Shown piece after piece: positions 38,917-52,230 of a stretch of 64,000 nucleotides of DNA. Within the stretch, counting starts at the first letter, position 1, and the number at the start of each line of letters is the position of its first letter. Source of the DNA: Torpedo marmorata (lineage: Eukaryota); the NCBI GenBank assembly GCA_977017645.1, contig OZ360241.1, forward strand, positions 61,628,001 through 61,692,000, written 5' to 3'. The notes beneath the pieces are model-generated. The model was not told the origin of the DNA, ran no database searches, and worked only from the letters and a program-made list of their open reading frames with translations. The position numbers and the translations under genes are program-made.

Positions 38917-39159
38917 TAAAGGTAAAGGTTCCATTATTGTCACGTAATACTACATTTAGAATGTAACATACATGAAATTCTTAAATTTTTGTCTACCGTA
39001 AGGCAGACAGAGGGTTGCTATTTTGTCCAGCGCCCCTCACAGAAACCTACAGCACATGGTGTTCCTTGGCGGTCTCCCCTCCAAGTACTGACCAGTCCTG
39101 TGCCTGCTTAGCTTCCGAGATCAGACAATCCCAGTCGTATTCAGGCTATTGGTGCTGTT
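38917..39159 (-). mobile_element. 5S rRNA-derived SINE (SINE3 type), copy 1
   Basis: Minus strand of 39043-39159 reads ...GCCTGAATACG...TCTGATCTCGGAAGCTAAGCAGG...CTGGTCAGTACTTGGAGGGGAGACCGCC...GGTGCTGTAGG (5S-like with A and C boxes), then a ~125-nt tail ending TGACAATAATGGAACCTTTACCTTT. Confidence 0.9.
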
Positions 39160-39441
39160 ACATGACAGAGATAAGGTTAACACTTCTAAATATTGCCTGG
39201 TGATTTTACTTCGTTCAATTTGACAATTCCAATCATAATGTTTCAATTCTGGGTAATGTCTGGGTGTTGGATCCATTTTCTGTGATGCAGCAGTTTGAAC
39301 TGCAGGACAAACTTTTAGAAGTCTTTTTTTAAAATCTGAATTACAATGTGAAATCACCACACAACTTAATCACAGCTGAAATGTCTTAAATGGACACTCT
39401 GCAACAATAAGTGGTAAAATGCATCAACTTGCAGAACTCAC

Positions 39442-39569
39442 CAGGGGCTAATTCGCATGAGAGGAATCGGGGCACAGGTGAAGAATACGGTTAAGAGAAG
39501 AAAGGATTTCCTGCCCCAAACATCCGACAATGCTCCAATGAGAGGAGCACTGAGAAATGATAATATTCC
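39442..39569 (-). CDS. MFSD14A: MFSD14A/HIAT1-family exon 4
   Basis: GILSFLSAPLIGALSDVWGRKSFLLLTVFFTCAPIPLMRISP(W), includes MFS motif A; CAG acceptor, GTGAGT donor; 128 nt. Confidence 0.97.
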
Positions 39570-40662
39570 CTGGAGATCCAAACAAAGCATCAGAAATCAA
39601 GACATATTTGATCATACAAATCAGCCACATGCAAAGACAGACACAAAACCAAACACGCAGATTTGGCAAAACCGAAATACACATGCAAAAAACAAATGCG
39701 CACAGCAGCTTTGTCAGATGAGACAAAATATGCCGGCACAAAACACAATTGCAGCAACTTTATTAGGCTATTTTGTCAGCAAAAATGAACCATGCATGCA
39801 GGTGTATCATAAGGGAGACATTCACATGCATTAAACAATGCACAAAACAAAATTTGCAGACATAAAATACAAGTATGCAGCAACTTTACCAAACTAAAAC
39901 AGTTAGAATACAATCATAGAGGGGCTTTGTCAGAAATTAAAAAGGGCTTACCTATTCACAGAACATACTCACATAGCAGCTGTCAGACATACCAAAACTG
40001 CACAATTGTGCACAGAAGATGTGCATACATGCAATGGTTTAAAATTTTAATAAAAACAGAATGCTGGAAGCACAGAGCTGACGAACTGGCAAGTGAACAA
40101 TAAAGAGACTTCAGAGACAGCCAACTCCCTGAAGGACTGATACAATTTTCATATTCAGGTTGTAAGCGATGAGCAGAATTACTGATCTGGGTACAAGGGG
40201 AATCTGAGTGGCTGAAATTATATTTATACTAAAATAGCCAAGAGCATCAATTGCAGCTCACTTCAGTTAATCAAGCTTTAGAATACTTTAAAGTGTTTTT
40301 TTTTTTTATATATAAAAAGGATCTTTAATGTCCCCACCTCTCCTGATCAGGAAGGTCAAGCAGATGAACAGTGAATTTACTTTGTTTTAAATCTGAAAAC
40401 AAAGCTTTTTATGAAGTGCTCAGTTGGAATGGCATTCTTGGAAGATTAGCATTATTATCCATTACTAAGAGCCCATAATAGATTACTTTGATCTACTGTT
40501 TCTCTTTATAGATGTGCCAATAGGAAGTTTCAGAATTCCAATACAAGCCAACAGAAAAAAGATGCCTATTCTTCAAGTAGGGTAAGGAATGTCTAGGTTA
40601 CCTACACAACAGAACAGAGCAAACTTTGCTTCCAGGTCAAGTATGTGATTGCATTTTCTTAC

Positions 40663-40725
40663 CTTCACCCCATGAATAAGACCATTCATTAGAAATGTAT
40701 GCTGAGGAAACGTCTGGTGTAAAAC
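40663..40725 (-). CDS. MFSD14A: MFSD14A/HIAT1-family exon 3
   Basis: VLHQTFPQHTFLMNGLIHGVK; TAG acceptor, GTAAGA donor; 63 nt. Confidence 0.95.
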
Positions 40726-41284
40726 CTAAAGAAAAATGACATTACAGGTTGAAATTATTACAGGATTGCAAAATTAGCCGTCAGTTGAGAACTCTTTGTT
40801 AACCTGCTTAGATATAGTATGTTGCTAGTACCAATCTCACAAAGGAATGGCTTCTTGCAGCCAGGATCAAAGCCAATAATGCCTGCCATATTGATTAAGA
40901 GGGTCATTTATTTTGGTGCTGCCATTGTCTGTATGAATTTAATATATCAGAGAAGACTCTGTCCAGTAATACAGATGTAATATTTGTTTCATCACATTAC
41001 ATTTATCCTGCTGCCTAGTTTTCACTTTTGAAGTTTCATGCTGTGTGCATATTTGCAGGAATCAACAGTCCATCAGTATTCATGTAACCAATCGTCCTGA
41101 GAGAACATGGGTAGGGATTACTCGCTGGTTGGTTCCAAGCATCACAGCACAACTATCAATGTATAGCGAGTGCATAGCTGAGAAACCAGCAGAGGTGAGA
41201 TCAATCTTGTCTAGTTAACTTGCCCACTGAATCTGTAGGCAGGACACCATTTTAATGAAATGTAATGGTGCAAGTTATACTCAC

Positions 41285-41380
41285 AGTAAGCATTGGAGTC
41301 GTCAATAATCCCCATGCAAAGAATTCCAAAAAGATTACAATCACTGCATGGTAGACACTAGGCTCACCTATCCCTTGCGG
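41285..41380 (-). CDS. MFSD14A: MFSD14A/HIAT1-family exon 2
   Basis: PQGIGEPSVYHAVIVIFLEFFAWGLLTTPMLT; CAG acceptor, GTGAGT donor; 96 nt. Confidence 0.96.
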
Positions 41381-41732
41381 CTGTGAACATAAAGGAAATA
41401 CACCCAAATCAATCCAAAGTTACTACAAATGTTTTAACATCAGATCAAATAGAATTGCTTGGTCACAAGTGACATCACTCTACAGACTGAAGGTGTGCTG
41501 CTTGAGGCCTCATCTGGTAGTTCAATGGCTTGGAAAATGTTAAGTAGGCAATACTCTTGTGCCAGCTTCAGTAATTTCCACGAATCAGTTATCCCTCTTG
41601 CTATACACATGAATAGCTCAAGTAGCGAGAAAGGAGAGAGCATGCCTGGTCTGAAATTATCAATCCCCAAAAGGTGCTGATCGAGTTAGTGAATTAAGTA
41701 CCCAACGTAACGTGGGCATTCAGAATCAGGTG

Positions 41733-41979
41733 AAGGTAAAGGTAAAGGTTCCATTATTGTCACGTAATACTACATTTAGAATGTAACATACATGAAATTC
41801 TTTAATTTTTGTCTACCGTAAGGCAGACAGAGGGTCGCTACTTTGTCCAGCGCCCCTCACAGAAACCTTCAGCACCTGGTGTTCCTTGGTAGTCTCCCCT
41901 CCAAGTACTGACCAGTCCTGTGCCTGCTTAGCTTCCGAGATCAGACAATCCCAGTCGTATTCAGGCTGTTGGTGCTGTT
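41733..41979 (-). mobile_element. 5S rRNA-derived SINE (SINE3 type), copy 2
   Basis: Colinear with copy 1 at offset 2820, 8 substitutions in ~240 bp. Confidence 0.9.
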
Positions 41980-44900
41980 ACATGACAGAGATAAGGTTAA
42001 CACTTCTAAATATTGCCTGGTGATTTTACTTCGTTCAATTTGACAATTCCAATCATAATGTTTCAATTGTGGGTAATGTCTGGGTGTTGGACCCATTTTC
42101 TGTGATGCAGCAGTTTGAACTGCAGGACAAACTTTTAGAAGTCTTTTTTTAAAATCTGAATTACAATGTGAAATCACCACACAACTTAATCACAGCTGAA
42201 ATGTCTTAAATGGACACTCTGCAACAAGGAAATCAGAATAACTAAGAGTTTCACAGTTTCTAGCACAATTAAAAAACACAAAGTTCATTTTTGCTCTTTG
42301 CCAAACTGAGGATAACTTGCCCTTTATTCATTATCTTAAATATTTATCTCCTCCTCCAGTAGTGAACCATGGGTGCATTGTGTACCACCTACAAGAAGCA
42401 TTACAGAAACTCGCTAAACATTCTCCATCAGCCCTTTTTTGCTCCACCTGCAACAAGAGCAGTTGGGTTATCATTAAGCTCCTCCCCAAATCATATGCAT
42501 TTCATCTTGACATGGAAATACATCATCCTTCCCTCATTGCTGAGTGAAAATCTTGGTATTCAAATACTTTACTGTGGGAAATAGGGAAAACATTAAGGGA
42601 AATCTCACAAGTTCTTGAAAAATGAGCAATATGGAGAAACAAAAACTGTCAGAAGAATTAGTTTTGTACAAACCACAAGCAATAAATTGTATGGCTCTGA
42701 AAATTTCACATCCTTTACCATCCAACATTATTCTTATTCTGCAAAGGTTGCAGCACCTTGCATCATGAATCTCACCCCCAAGTGAGAATACTTCACCCCA
42801 CCAAATCTGTTTCTGACACTATCCACAGAATAACATTTCAAACAAAAAAATGACAAGCCCAATATAACTTTCTGATCAACTATTCTTTCATGCCATTTGC
42901 ACACATGCTTCATACTAGCTGTACACAAGCATTGCTTGCATTTCACACACACTCAGAAGCTAAGCTCCAAGCCATCAATGATGCTTTCACTCAAGCACAG
43001 GAAAATAGGCCTTACAACCAATTATCACACAACACTTGGGCATACTAAGTCCAAACTGACCACCAATTACTCATTTACATGAATGAATCTCCTTTACCAG
43101 CACTAGGTGTGTAGCTTTCCACTTCTTACCAATTCAAATGCTTGCCAGATCATTCTTGGGTGTTGCAAGAGTAATCATTTCCACCACTCAAGCAGCGTTC
43201 CAGATTCCATCTAACCCAAGGGTGGAAGAATTATTCCTTTTATCCCCTCCAAAACTCTTCCCATCCCTTACCCAAAACACTGCAAGAAAATGGCCATCTG
43301 CCAACCTGCACTTGTTGCATTAGTTATCTAACAATTCTTACTTTTGAGGCTCAACTCCCATATCCTAGGAGGCACTACTTGTCAAAGGCAGATCTCAATA
43401 ATGAAATTCACCACTTCCTTCAATGCACAAGCATAGCCTTTGGTCAATAAAGGAAAACAGGTAAATTTGAAGATCAAGACCTCAAACCTGGCACACTCTT
43501 GGTATATCAGACATATGATCTCTGCCCATCTACATGTCTGAGTACAGGAGTACCAACAAGAGACATCAGACAAATATTACCAATGCCATTTCAGCAAAAA
43601 GAAATGTTATTCTGTGCTGTCATGAGAAGAGATGACCAGTCAAACAAGAGTCATAGATGTGCTTAAAACTTCCTTGAATAAATACATCTACATTGACTCC
43701 TTGGGATGTCTGTCCCAGTTTAGCTTAAAGTGAAGAAACAGCATTCTCAAATGGTACCAAGAACAGAGCTCATGCACAAAGACACTGAAGTGGCAGAACG
43801 AGTGGAGCACTTCAAACTACCCACCCCACTTTCCAATCAGCCACCACTTGCTCCATCTGCAGTTCACACATTGGCCTCAAGCTACCATAACACTCATACT
43901 GGGAATGGAAATTGGCCATCCTCAATCCTGAAGACTGCCATGAAGCTGAGTAATTGGCACTAAAGATTCATTTCATAACTCTACTCAGATAACTTATGAT
44001 CAGAAGTAATATTGATGGTGTTAATAGGTTGTTACAACCCCGACTAAATGCAGATGAATTAGAAATTCTCTCCAGTCACTATTTTACTATTTAGTCCTGA
44101 CCCAAATTCGAGAATCTATAACTAGAGCACCAGATCAATGCAACGTTTGTGCATTAAAGCAGTGTTGATTACAACCTATATCCTATTGTTTGACCAAGCA
44201 AAGCTTCAAGGAAATTCAGTATTCCCATTTTCAATGGCAAAGCCAAGTCTATCAACTGCAACCCTGATCACAATGTACACAAAACCATTCACGTTTACAG
44301 GTTGTATAGAACTAAATGTAATGCAAACAGCAGCTGACTTGATCTAAAATTATTAGAAAAAGCAAATAACTATTTAGTTTTTTTTGCTTCAACTGATTTT
44401 TTTTTAATCTTAAAAATGCTAGTTTAAATTTTGAAGACTGTATTTGCCCACTTTCTATAAGAAGCAAGCATCCTCAATTAATCACGGACTAATCATCTTT
44501 AAAAGGATTTTTTTTGATCTTCAGCCGTCATGCTAGTATGCTGGAACACCATGGTAACTGCAGATACAAAGCAACTCAAAGCATGGGTAAAAGACCATCT
44601 GTTCTGTCCCTGCAATATGTTTAGATTCAAGTACAGATAACCACTGAATAGTTTATTCCCTACGACACCAATCTGTATAGGTTCTGTGAGTGTTAATGTA
44701 TCAGTGGCCAATACAATTGTTTTTGAGATTATGCATACATACTCCAGGAACTGGTCTGGAGCTACACATTTTAAAATTATTTAGGTCATTACAAGCATCA
44801 AGTTGTATTGATCTTTTCTTAAATGGAGTGGGAATAAAAAATGAAATGTTATTTTATTTTCAGCAGCTTCATGTTCTTACTATTTTCTACATTAACTCAG

Positions 44901-46807
44901 TTCTATGGTTTTTGTATGCCAGTAGTATTCCATTAGAAATAGCACCACAAACCAAGCATATTAAATATACAGAAAGATTTTACATGGAGACAGTGCAGAT
45001 CATGTGGAGCCAATGACAAAATTGATGATATGCATTAGGTAAACAAACTTGTGCTTCACAAGAGTTAGACCGAGTCAGGTGAGTGAAGTAATGAGGGTGT
45101 GGGGGAGAGCGAGGTAGAATGAGAGCACGAAAAAAGGAATGGGAAATGCATTCTTAAAATAGATGCAGACCCATTATTTTCCCTACAAAGATCAGATATT
45201 TCCAGATCTGGTTATGAGAAATGAAATTGTGTGCATGTGGGTGCACACAATTTCAAAATGGTGATAACAATATTAAATATTAGTTAAAGGAAAATTTGGT
45301 CTGTAAAGTATTGCAGGCTAGATTAGAAAAGTGAGTGAGATGGTGGAAGAGGAAAATTGCCACAAGAGTAACAAAAACTTTTCTAAAAACATAGCAAAAG
45401 ATACACAATAAGTAAATTCTGCAAGGAAAGGGAATCAAAGATGTGAAAGAGCTTTGAAATATTTTAATATTGAAGAGATACAATTAAAAACATGCCTCAG
45501 AGCTCAGTTTTGAACAGTCCTTCGAGCCAACTTCCCAATCAACATTTTCTCTTCCCCAAATCCACTTTCAAGTGGAATCCAATATCCACAGAGTCCCTCA
45601 ATGGCCAAAGTATTTTAAATATCGACATGCTCATCATTTGTGCATCTATGGCTCTTAAAGGTAGGGAATTCTAAGGAATCTCACTGCTAAGTAAAGAAAT
45701 TTCTCCCCATCTCAGTGATGAATGATTGTTGCCTCATCCAAAATTGTTACCCACATTCCAGCAAGCAAGGGGAAAACACTTTTGATTAAAGCATATCCTA
45801 AATATAGCCATGTCCTGGATATCTTAACAGAAATTCCTGAGATAAATCACCTGGACCCAAATATCTTCATCTGCTTTAATGATCTTTCATTTATCATACA
45901 ATGATAATTTCCATGTTACCTTACATTTGCAACACCTCCACCTGGATGCAACATGACAGAGATAGCATTCAAGCATGGACTGATACCTGGCAAGCAACAT
46001 TCAAGCAGAAGGGCTGGAGAATGACCATCTTCAGCAAGAACATCTTGCCGTTTATTACTGGCACTGTCATCAGCAAATTTCCCCACCAATAACATCCGAA
46101 AATCAACCAGGCACCACACAAATGCTGTTAAACAAGAAAGTCTACAGATGCTAGGGTTGAGTGAAATACACAAACGTGCTGGAGAAGGTCAGCAGATCAC
46201 ACAGTGATTACATACATTAATGAAGGACCCAGGCCCAAAACGTTGGTTACCCTTTACTTCCTATGGATGCTGCTTGTTGTGCTGGAGAAACACAGCAGTT
46301 TTGTGTATTGCACCACACAAATGCAGTGGTGATAGGAACAATTCAGAGGCTAGGTATTCTTCAGTAATGACACTAATTTATTAGCCATTGCCTTAGTCCC
46401 AATAAAATTTCTTCCATTCTCTGCATGGAATCCACATTAACTTTTGCTGAACCTTTCATTCTTACATTTCTATGAAGCTTTAGCAGTCCGGTTTTATGTT
46501 GCTCTCATTTTTTCATATTTCCTTTCCACACAAGAGACAGCCATTTGACCCACTGACTGTGGCTGATCTTAGAGCAATCCCATTCCTTCACTTATTTTCC
46601 TACAAGAATCTCTGTTCATCACCACCAAACACCCTTGTTTGCCTGCCACTGACCTACACTAGGAAAGTTTATATGCATGTCTTTAAGATGTGGGAGGAAA
46701 TCCACACGATTGTAGGGAAAATATACAAACTCCACAGTGACAATGGCTAAAATCAGGATCAAACCTGGGGTTCTGGAGCTGCACTGCAGCTCATTGCCAT
46801 ACCACTG

Positions 46808-46819
46808 TATGTATATATG

Positions 46820-46855
<36 letters not shown>
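46808..46855. repeat. (TA)n(CA)n microsatellite
   Basis: TATGTATATATGTATATATATATATATATATATACACACACACACACA seen directly. Confidence 0.9.
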
Positions 46856-46856
<1 letters not shown>

Positions 46857-47130
46857 TACTTCTCTTGTCGCACCTTCCAGACTTGCAATTTCTACCACCA
46901 AGGACAAGCACAGCAGGCTCAAAATTAACACTTCCAGATTTCCTTTCAATTTACTCTGTCTCAACTTGGAAATATCAGCATTCTTTCATTGTACGTAGAT
47001 CTGTATACTGTAACTTCGTACCCAACAGTACACAGTCGCACTTCCACATAAAAGACTGCAGCAAATCAAAGTGTGTCACACCATCCACTTAAATTTCCAT
47101 TTCAGTTGGACAATACATGCCTGCCTTGAC

Positions 47131-50100
47131 ATCAGAATCAGAATTTATTGCCATGAACAAGTCATGAAATTCGGTGTTTTGCAGCAGTATCAGTGCAAAC
47201 ATTCATATTATAACCATCTTACTACATTACTATAAAAAATATAAATAATAGTGCACGAAAAGTAAGGCAGTGTCTTTGGTTCATTGATTATTCAGGAATC
47301 TGATGGCAGCGGGGAAGCTGTCCTTGTGCCGTTGAGTGGTCGTCTTTAGGCTCCTGTACCTTTTGCCCGATGGTAACAGAGTGAAGAGGGCATGGCCTGG
47401 GTGGTGGGGGTCTTTGAGGACAGCGGCTGCTTTTTTTTAAGATACCGACTCGTGTAGATGTCCTCGATGGAGTGAAGTTTGGTGCCTGTGATGTCACAGG
47501 CCGAGTTAACAACCCTCGAGTTTATTCTTGTCCTGAGAGTTGGCGCCTCCATACCAGGCAGTGATGCAACCAGCCAGGATGCTCTCCACGGTACACCTGT
47601 AGAAGTTTACGAGAATCTTCGGTGACATACCGAATCTCCTCAGACACCTCACAAAGTATAGCCGCTGGCGAGCCTTCTTTGTGATTGCATCAACGTGGAG
47701 GCTCCACGACAGATCCTCGGAGATGTTGACACCCAGGAATTTGAAGTTCTTGACCCTCTCCACCACTGAGCCCTCGATTAGGACTGGATCATGTTCTCCT
47801 GACTTCCTCCTGAAGTCCACAATCATCTCCTTGGTTTTGCTGACGTTGAGCGCAAAGTTGTTGTCGTTACACCATTCAACGAGCTGATCTATCTCCCTCC
47901 TGTACGCTTCCTCATTGCCGTTTGTGATTCTGCCGACAACTGTGGTGTCATCGGCAAACTTGGAGATGGCATTGGAATTGTGCCTGGCCACACAGTCATG
48001 GGTGTATAGCGAGTAGAGCAGTGGGCTAAGAACGCATCCTTGGGGTGCGATTGTGTTGATAATCAGTGAGGAGGAGACGTTGTTTCCAATTCGTACTGAC
48101 TGTGGTCTTCCGATGAGAAGTCAAGGATTCAGTTGCAGAGTGGGGTATAGAGGCCTAGAGTTTGTAGCTTCTTGACCAGCAATGAGGGAATAATGGTATT
48201 GAAGACCGAGCTGTAGTCAAAGAAGAGCAGCCGTATGTATGAATTGCTGTTTTCGAGGTGATCCAGAAGTGAGTGGAGAGCCAGCGATATTGCATCTGCT
48301 GTGGAGCGATTGTGACGATAGGCGAATTGCAGTGGGTCGAGATCTTTGCTTAGGTACGCGTTAATTCTGGCCATGACAAGCCTCTCAAAGCATTTCATCA
48401 GTGTAGAAGTTAGTGCTACTGGGCAGTAATCGTTGAGGCAGCTCACACTACTCTTCTTGGGTACAGGGATGATTGATGCCCTTTTGAAGCAGGTGGGAAC
48501 CTCTGACTGCCGCAATGAGAGGTTGAAAATGTCCGTGAACACTCAAGCTAGTTGGTTGGCGCAGATTTTTAGTACCCTGCCAGGTACGCCGTCAGGGCCT
48601 GACGCCTTGCGAGGGTTCACCCTTTTTTTAAAAAATATTTTATTTAAAATTTTAAATCACAAAATACATAGAATAAAATATAAAATTATCAAAAATACTT
48701 GTGATACATTTTCACCCCCCCCACCCTCCCTTCCCCAACCCTCCCAACCCCACTAATCTAATAAAATATAAAAAAGAAAGAAATAGAGAAGAAAAAGATA
48801 AGGTAAGGAGAATGTCAATCTAATAAATACATCTATAAACTAATTCTATTATGGAGGTTAGGTAGCCAGTAGATCCAATGTCCAGAGATCTTCAAATCAT
48901 TAATCCAACAGCTTTCATATAAGGGCTCCATATTTTTAAAAATAAATGATATTTATTCCCTAAGTTATAAGTAATTTTTTCAAGTGGTATACATGAACAA
49001 AGTTCTGCATGCCATCTTTCTAACCCTAAATCAACATCAGATTTCCAAGTAATAGCAATGCATTTCTTTGAAACAGCTAAAGCAATTCGCAAAAATTCTA
49101 TTTGATACATACCGGGGTATTTAATTTCATCTTAATACTAAATTTTTTAATATCTCAAAACAAAAATATCATAGGATCCATCGGAAATATAATCTTAAAT
49201 ACTTTATCTAAATTTTTTTAAACTTTGAACCAAAAATCATAGACTTTTGGACAAAACCATGTAGAATGTACAAAAGAACCTTCCTCTTTATTGCATCTGA
49301 AACATAAACCTGATAATGTCGGGTTAAATTTCTTTAATTTTTTAGGTGTTAAATATAATTGATGGAAAAAATTGTATTGTACTAATCTATATCTAACATT
49401 AATAATCTTCGTCATACTTAATTTACATAATTCCTTCCAATGATTTTCATCAATTATTACGTTCAAATCTAATTCCCATTTTAATCTTGATTTATGAATT
49501 CCTACTTTAGGAATTTTCCTCTGAAACAATTTATACATTTGAGAAATAAATTTGTTTACATCTCCTTTAGTAACTAATAATTCTAATTCATTCTGTCTTG
49601 GTAAAGTCAAAGCATAACCTAATTTCTCAATCAAAAAAGCTCTAATTTGATAATATGCAAAAAGTGTATTATCTAATATATTAAATTTATCTTTCATTCT
49701 TTGAAAAGTAATAAATTTCCCAGCTTCAAAACAATTTATTTTCTTAATTCCTTTTTGAAACCAAATTTTAAATAATTGATTATTAATAGTAAATGGAATA
49801 AGTCCATTTTGATATAAAGGCATCCATGAAGAAATCAATCCTTTTCCTCCTATTTCCTTATCCGTCTTATTCCATATTTCTAACAAATGTTTAAGAATAG
49901 GAGAATTTTTCTTTTGAGGGTTCACCCTCTTGAATGATGTTCTGACATCGCCCTCAGAGACAGATATCACAGGGTCCTCAGCCAATTCAGGGATTCTAGT
50001 AGGTACTGTTTGGTTCTTCTTCTCAAAGCGGGCATAGAAGGTGTTCAGCTCATCGGCTAGTGAAGCATTACAGCCATCTATAGTGTTCGCCCTCGCTTTG

Positions 50101-50845
50101 TAGGCTGTAATGGCCTGTACTCCCTGCCATAGCTGGCGTGTATCTGTCTCTGGCTTCCTCCGGAATTGCCACTTTGCTTCAGAGATGGCCTTCTGCAGGT
50201 CGATCCTGGACTTCTTGTGAAGATCCCGATCCCCGGCCTTAAACGCCCTTGTTCTCGCCCTCAGCAGGTTGCGAATTCTCTGATTCATCCAGGGCTTCTG
50301 GTTGGGGAACACCCGGTATTTGCGCGTGGGCACGCACTCATCCACGCAGGTCTTGATGAAGTCGGTGACATCTGTTGCATATTCATTCAGGTCTATGGAT
50401 GAGTTCTTGAATATGTTCCAGTCCACCGATTCAAAGCAGTCCTGCAGACGCTCCTCCGCCTCCCTCGACCATACTTTCGCCGTCCTCACCACTGGTGCTG
50501 TGGTCTTCAGTCTCTGCTTGTACGCCGGGAGTAGAAGTACAGCCAGGTGATCAGACTTGCCAAAGTGCGGTCGTGGTGTGGCTCGGTATGCGTTCTTCAT
50601 GGTGGTGTAGCAGTGGTCGAGTGTGTTGGTTCCCCTGGTCTCGCATGTGACGTGTTGGTGGTAGTTTGTCAGTGACTTCTTCTGGTTGGCCTGATTGAAG
50701 TCTCCCACAATGATCGGGAAGGCATCAGGATGTGCTGTCTCATGGCTGTTTGTCAGTGCTCAGTTCCTCCAGTGCCAGCCTGACGTTAGCCTGGGGTGGA
50801 ATGTACACTGCGACCAGGATGATGGCGGTGAACTCCCTCGGCAGG
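47131..50845 (-). mobile_element. Rex1/Babar-clade LINE (partial APE + RT), interrupted by an L1 fragment
   Basis: GDFNQAN, TLDHCY, GKSDH (APE); [46 protein letters not shown] (RT); (TTCTGA)n tail at 47131. Confidence 0.92.
48624..49915 (-). mobile_element. 5'-truncated L1/Tx1 LINE (ORF2 C-terminus + 3' UTR) nested in the Rex1 element
   Basis: Homologous to 18766-20070 (RYRLVQYNFFHQLY, CFRC, IPLEKITYNL); perfect 13-bp TSD GAGGGTTCACCCT at 48611-48623 and 49916-49928. Confidence 0.93.
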
Positions 50846-51109
50846 CCCATGTCTCAAAACAATGAAAATAATATTGTATTATACCCAAAATTCAAAACTA
50901 ACAGGCTAACTGCACAGGCAACAAGGCAATTGGGGCAATACTGTCCTAAATAAAAGTCAAAATTATAGTTCTAAAACTCAAAATGCTTAAATTATTAGTT
51001 ACGATGATTGGGCATCAACTTGAAAAGGTACTTTCATCTCTACAATTGCTGCCTGACCTGCTGACTATTACCCACAATTTGTTTTTATTTCAGATTTCCA
51101 GCACCAAGG

Positions 51110-51805
51110 AACACCAATGCCTCTACTTTTAGTCTGAGGAGATTTGGCAAGTCATAAAATACACTTTCAAACTTTTATAGGTGGGTGCACTGCAGAAAGT
51201 ATAGGAACAGGCTGCATCATAGCCTGGTTTGGGAATTCAACTGCCCAGGAACACAGAGCAACAAAAAAATAGCCAGGTCCATCACAGGATCTGACCTTTC
51301 ACCCACTGAATGCATTTATGAGGTGTGCTACATCAAGGTGGCAGCCAACACCATAAAGGACCACAATCACTCGGGTTGTTATTCTCGCACCATAACACAA
51401 GATTTTCCACCTCTCTGAAGTGCAACTCATCGTTGTTGTTGATGAAGCCAACTGTGTTGTGTCATCGGCAAATGATGAAGCTGTTGGAGCTGGATCTGGC
51501 GTTGCAGTCGTGGGTCAGTTGCAACTGACACTGGAGCAGGCTGAGCACACAGCCCAGAGGTTCGCCAGTGCTCAGCATGACAGTGCTCGACGTTCTGCTG
51601 CCATACCAGACAGACTGTTGTCTTTTCGTTAGGAAGTCTAGATTCCAGTTACAGAGAGGGATGCTGAGTCCTACCAAGACAGCTTCACCACCAGCCTCTG
51701 GGGAATGATCGTATTAAATGCCAAGCTGAAGTTGATGAACAGCAACCTGGCGTATGAGGCGTCATCCTTCAGGTGGGTCAGAATAGAGTGGAGGAACAAG
51801 GCTAC
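51110..51805. mobile_element. Two old Rex1-like fragments in opposite orientation (+ ~51110-51410, - ~51415-51805)
   Basis: + part resembles the RLYF...FYRC...GCI..W.G region; - part gives [16 protein letters not shown] and [11 protein letters not shown]...THDC. Confidence 0.65.
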
Positions 51806-51811
51806 AGCAAA

Positions 51812-52230
51812 AAGTATATTAGAGTTAAAAGGACAGCAAGGGTGGGAACAGCCACACTTGGATAACTAATGAAATAAAGGAAAACATCAAACTAAAAGCC
51901 CGTGTGTACAAAGTCGCCAAGAGCAGTGGGAAACTAGAAGATTGGGAAAACTTTGAAAAGCAACAAAGAACCACAATCAATAAAGAAAGGGAAGGTAGAT
52001 TATGAAAAAAGATTCGCACAAAATATAAAACACAGTAAAAGTTTTTATAATTATATAAAGCGGAAAAGGCTGGCTAAACTGAACGTAGGTTCCTTGGAGG
52101 ATGAGAAAGGGGAATTGGTATTGGGTAACGAGTAAATGGCAAAGCTTGAAATTACTATTTTATGCCAGTCTTCATGGTGGAGGACATGTCTACCATGCCA
52201 GAGGTTATGCATGCAATGGGAAATGATGAC
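51812..52230 (+). mobile_element. CR1-like LINE internal fragment
   Basis: PHLDN..., YEKRFAQNIKHSKSFYNYIKRKRLAKLNVGSLEDEKGEL resembles the APE-RT linker of the CR1 at 28458. Confidence 0.7.

Noticed and set aside
39043-39159. Functional 5S rRNA genes (also at ~41863-41979 and ~58186-58302)
   Set aside because: Many substitutions relative to vertebrate 5S, no oligo-T terminator, dispersed rather than tandem, and fused to a retroposon tail; these are SINE heads.
39121-39360. Duplicated 79-aa ORF (also 41941..42180) as a small gene pair
   Set aside because: By-product of the 490-bp intronic duplication; non-ATG start, runs into the SINE head, no domain.
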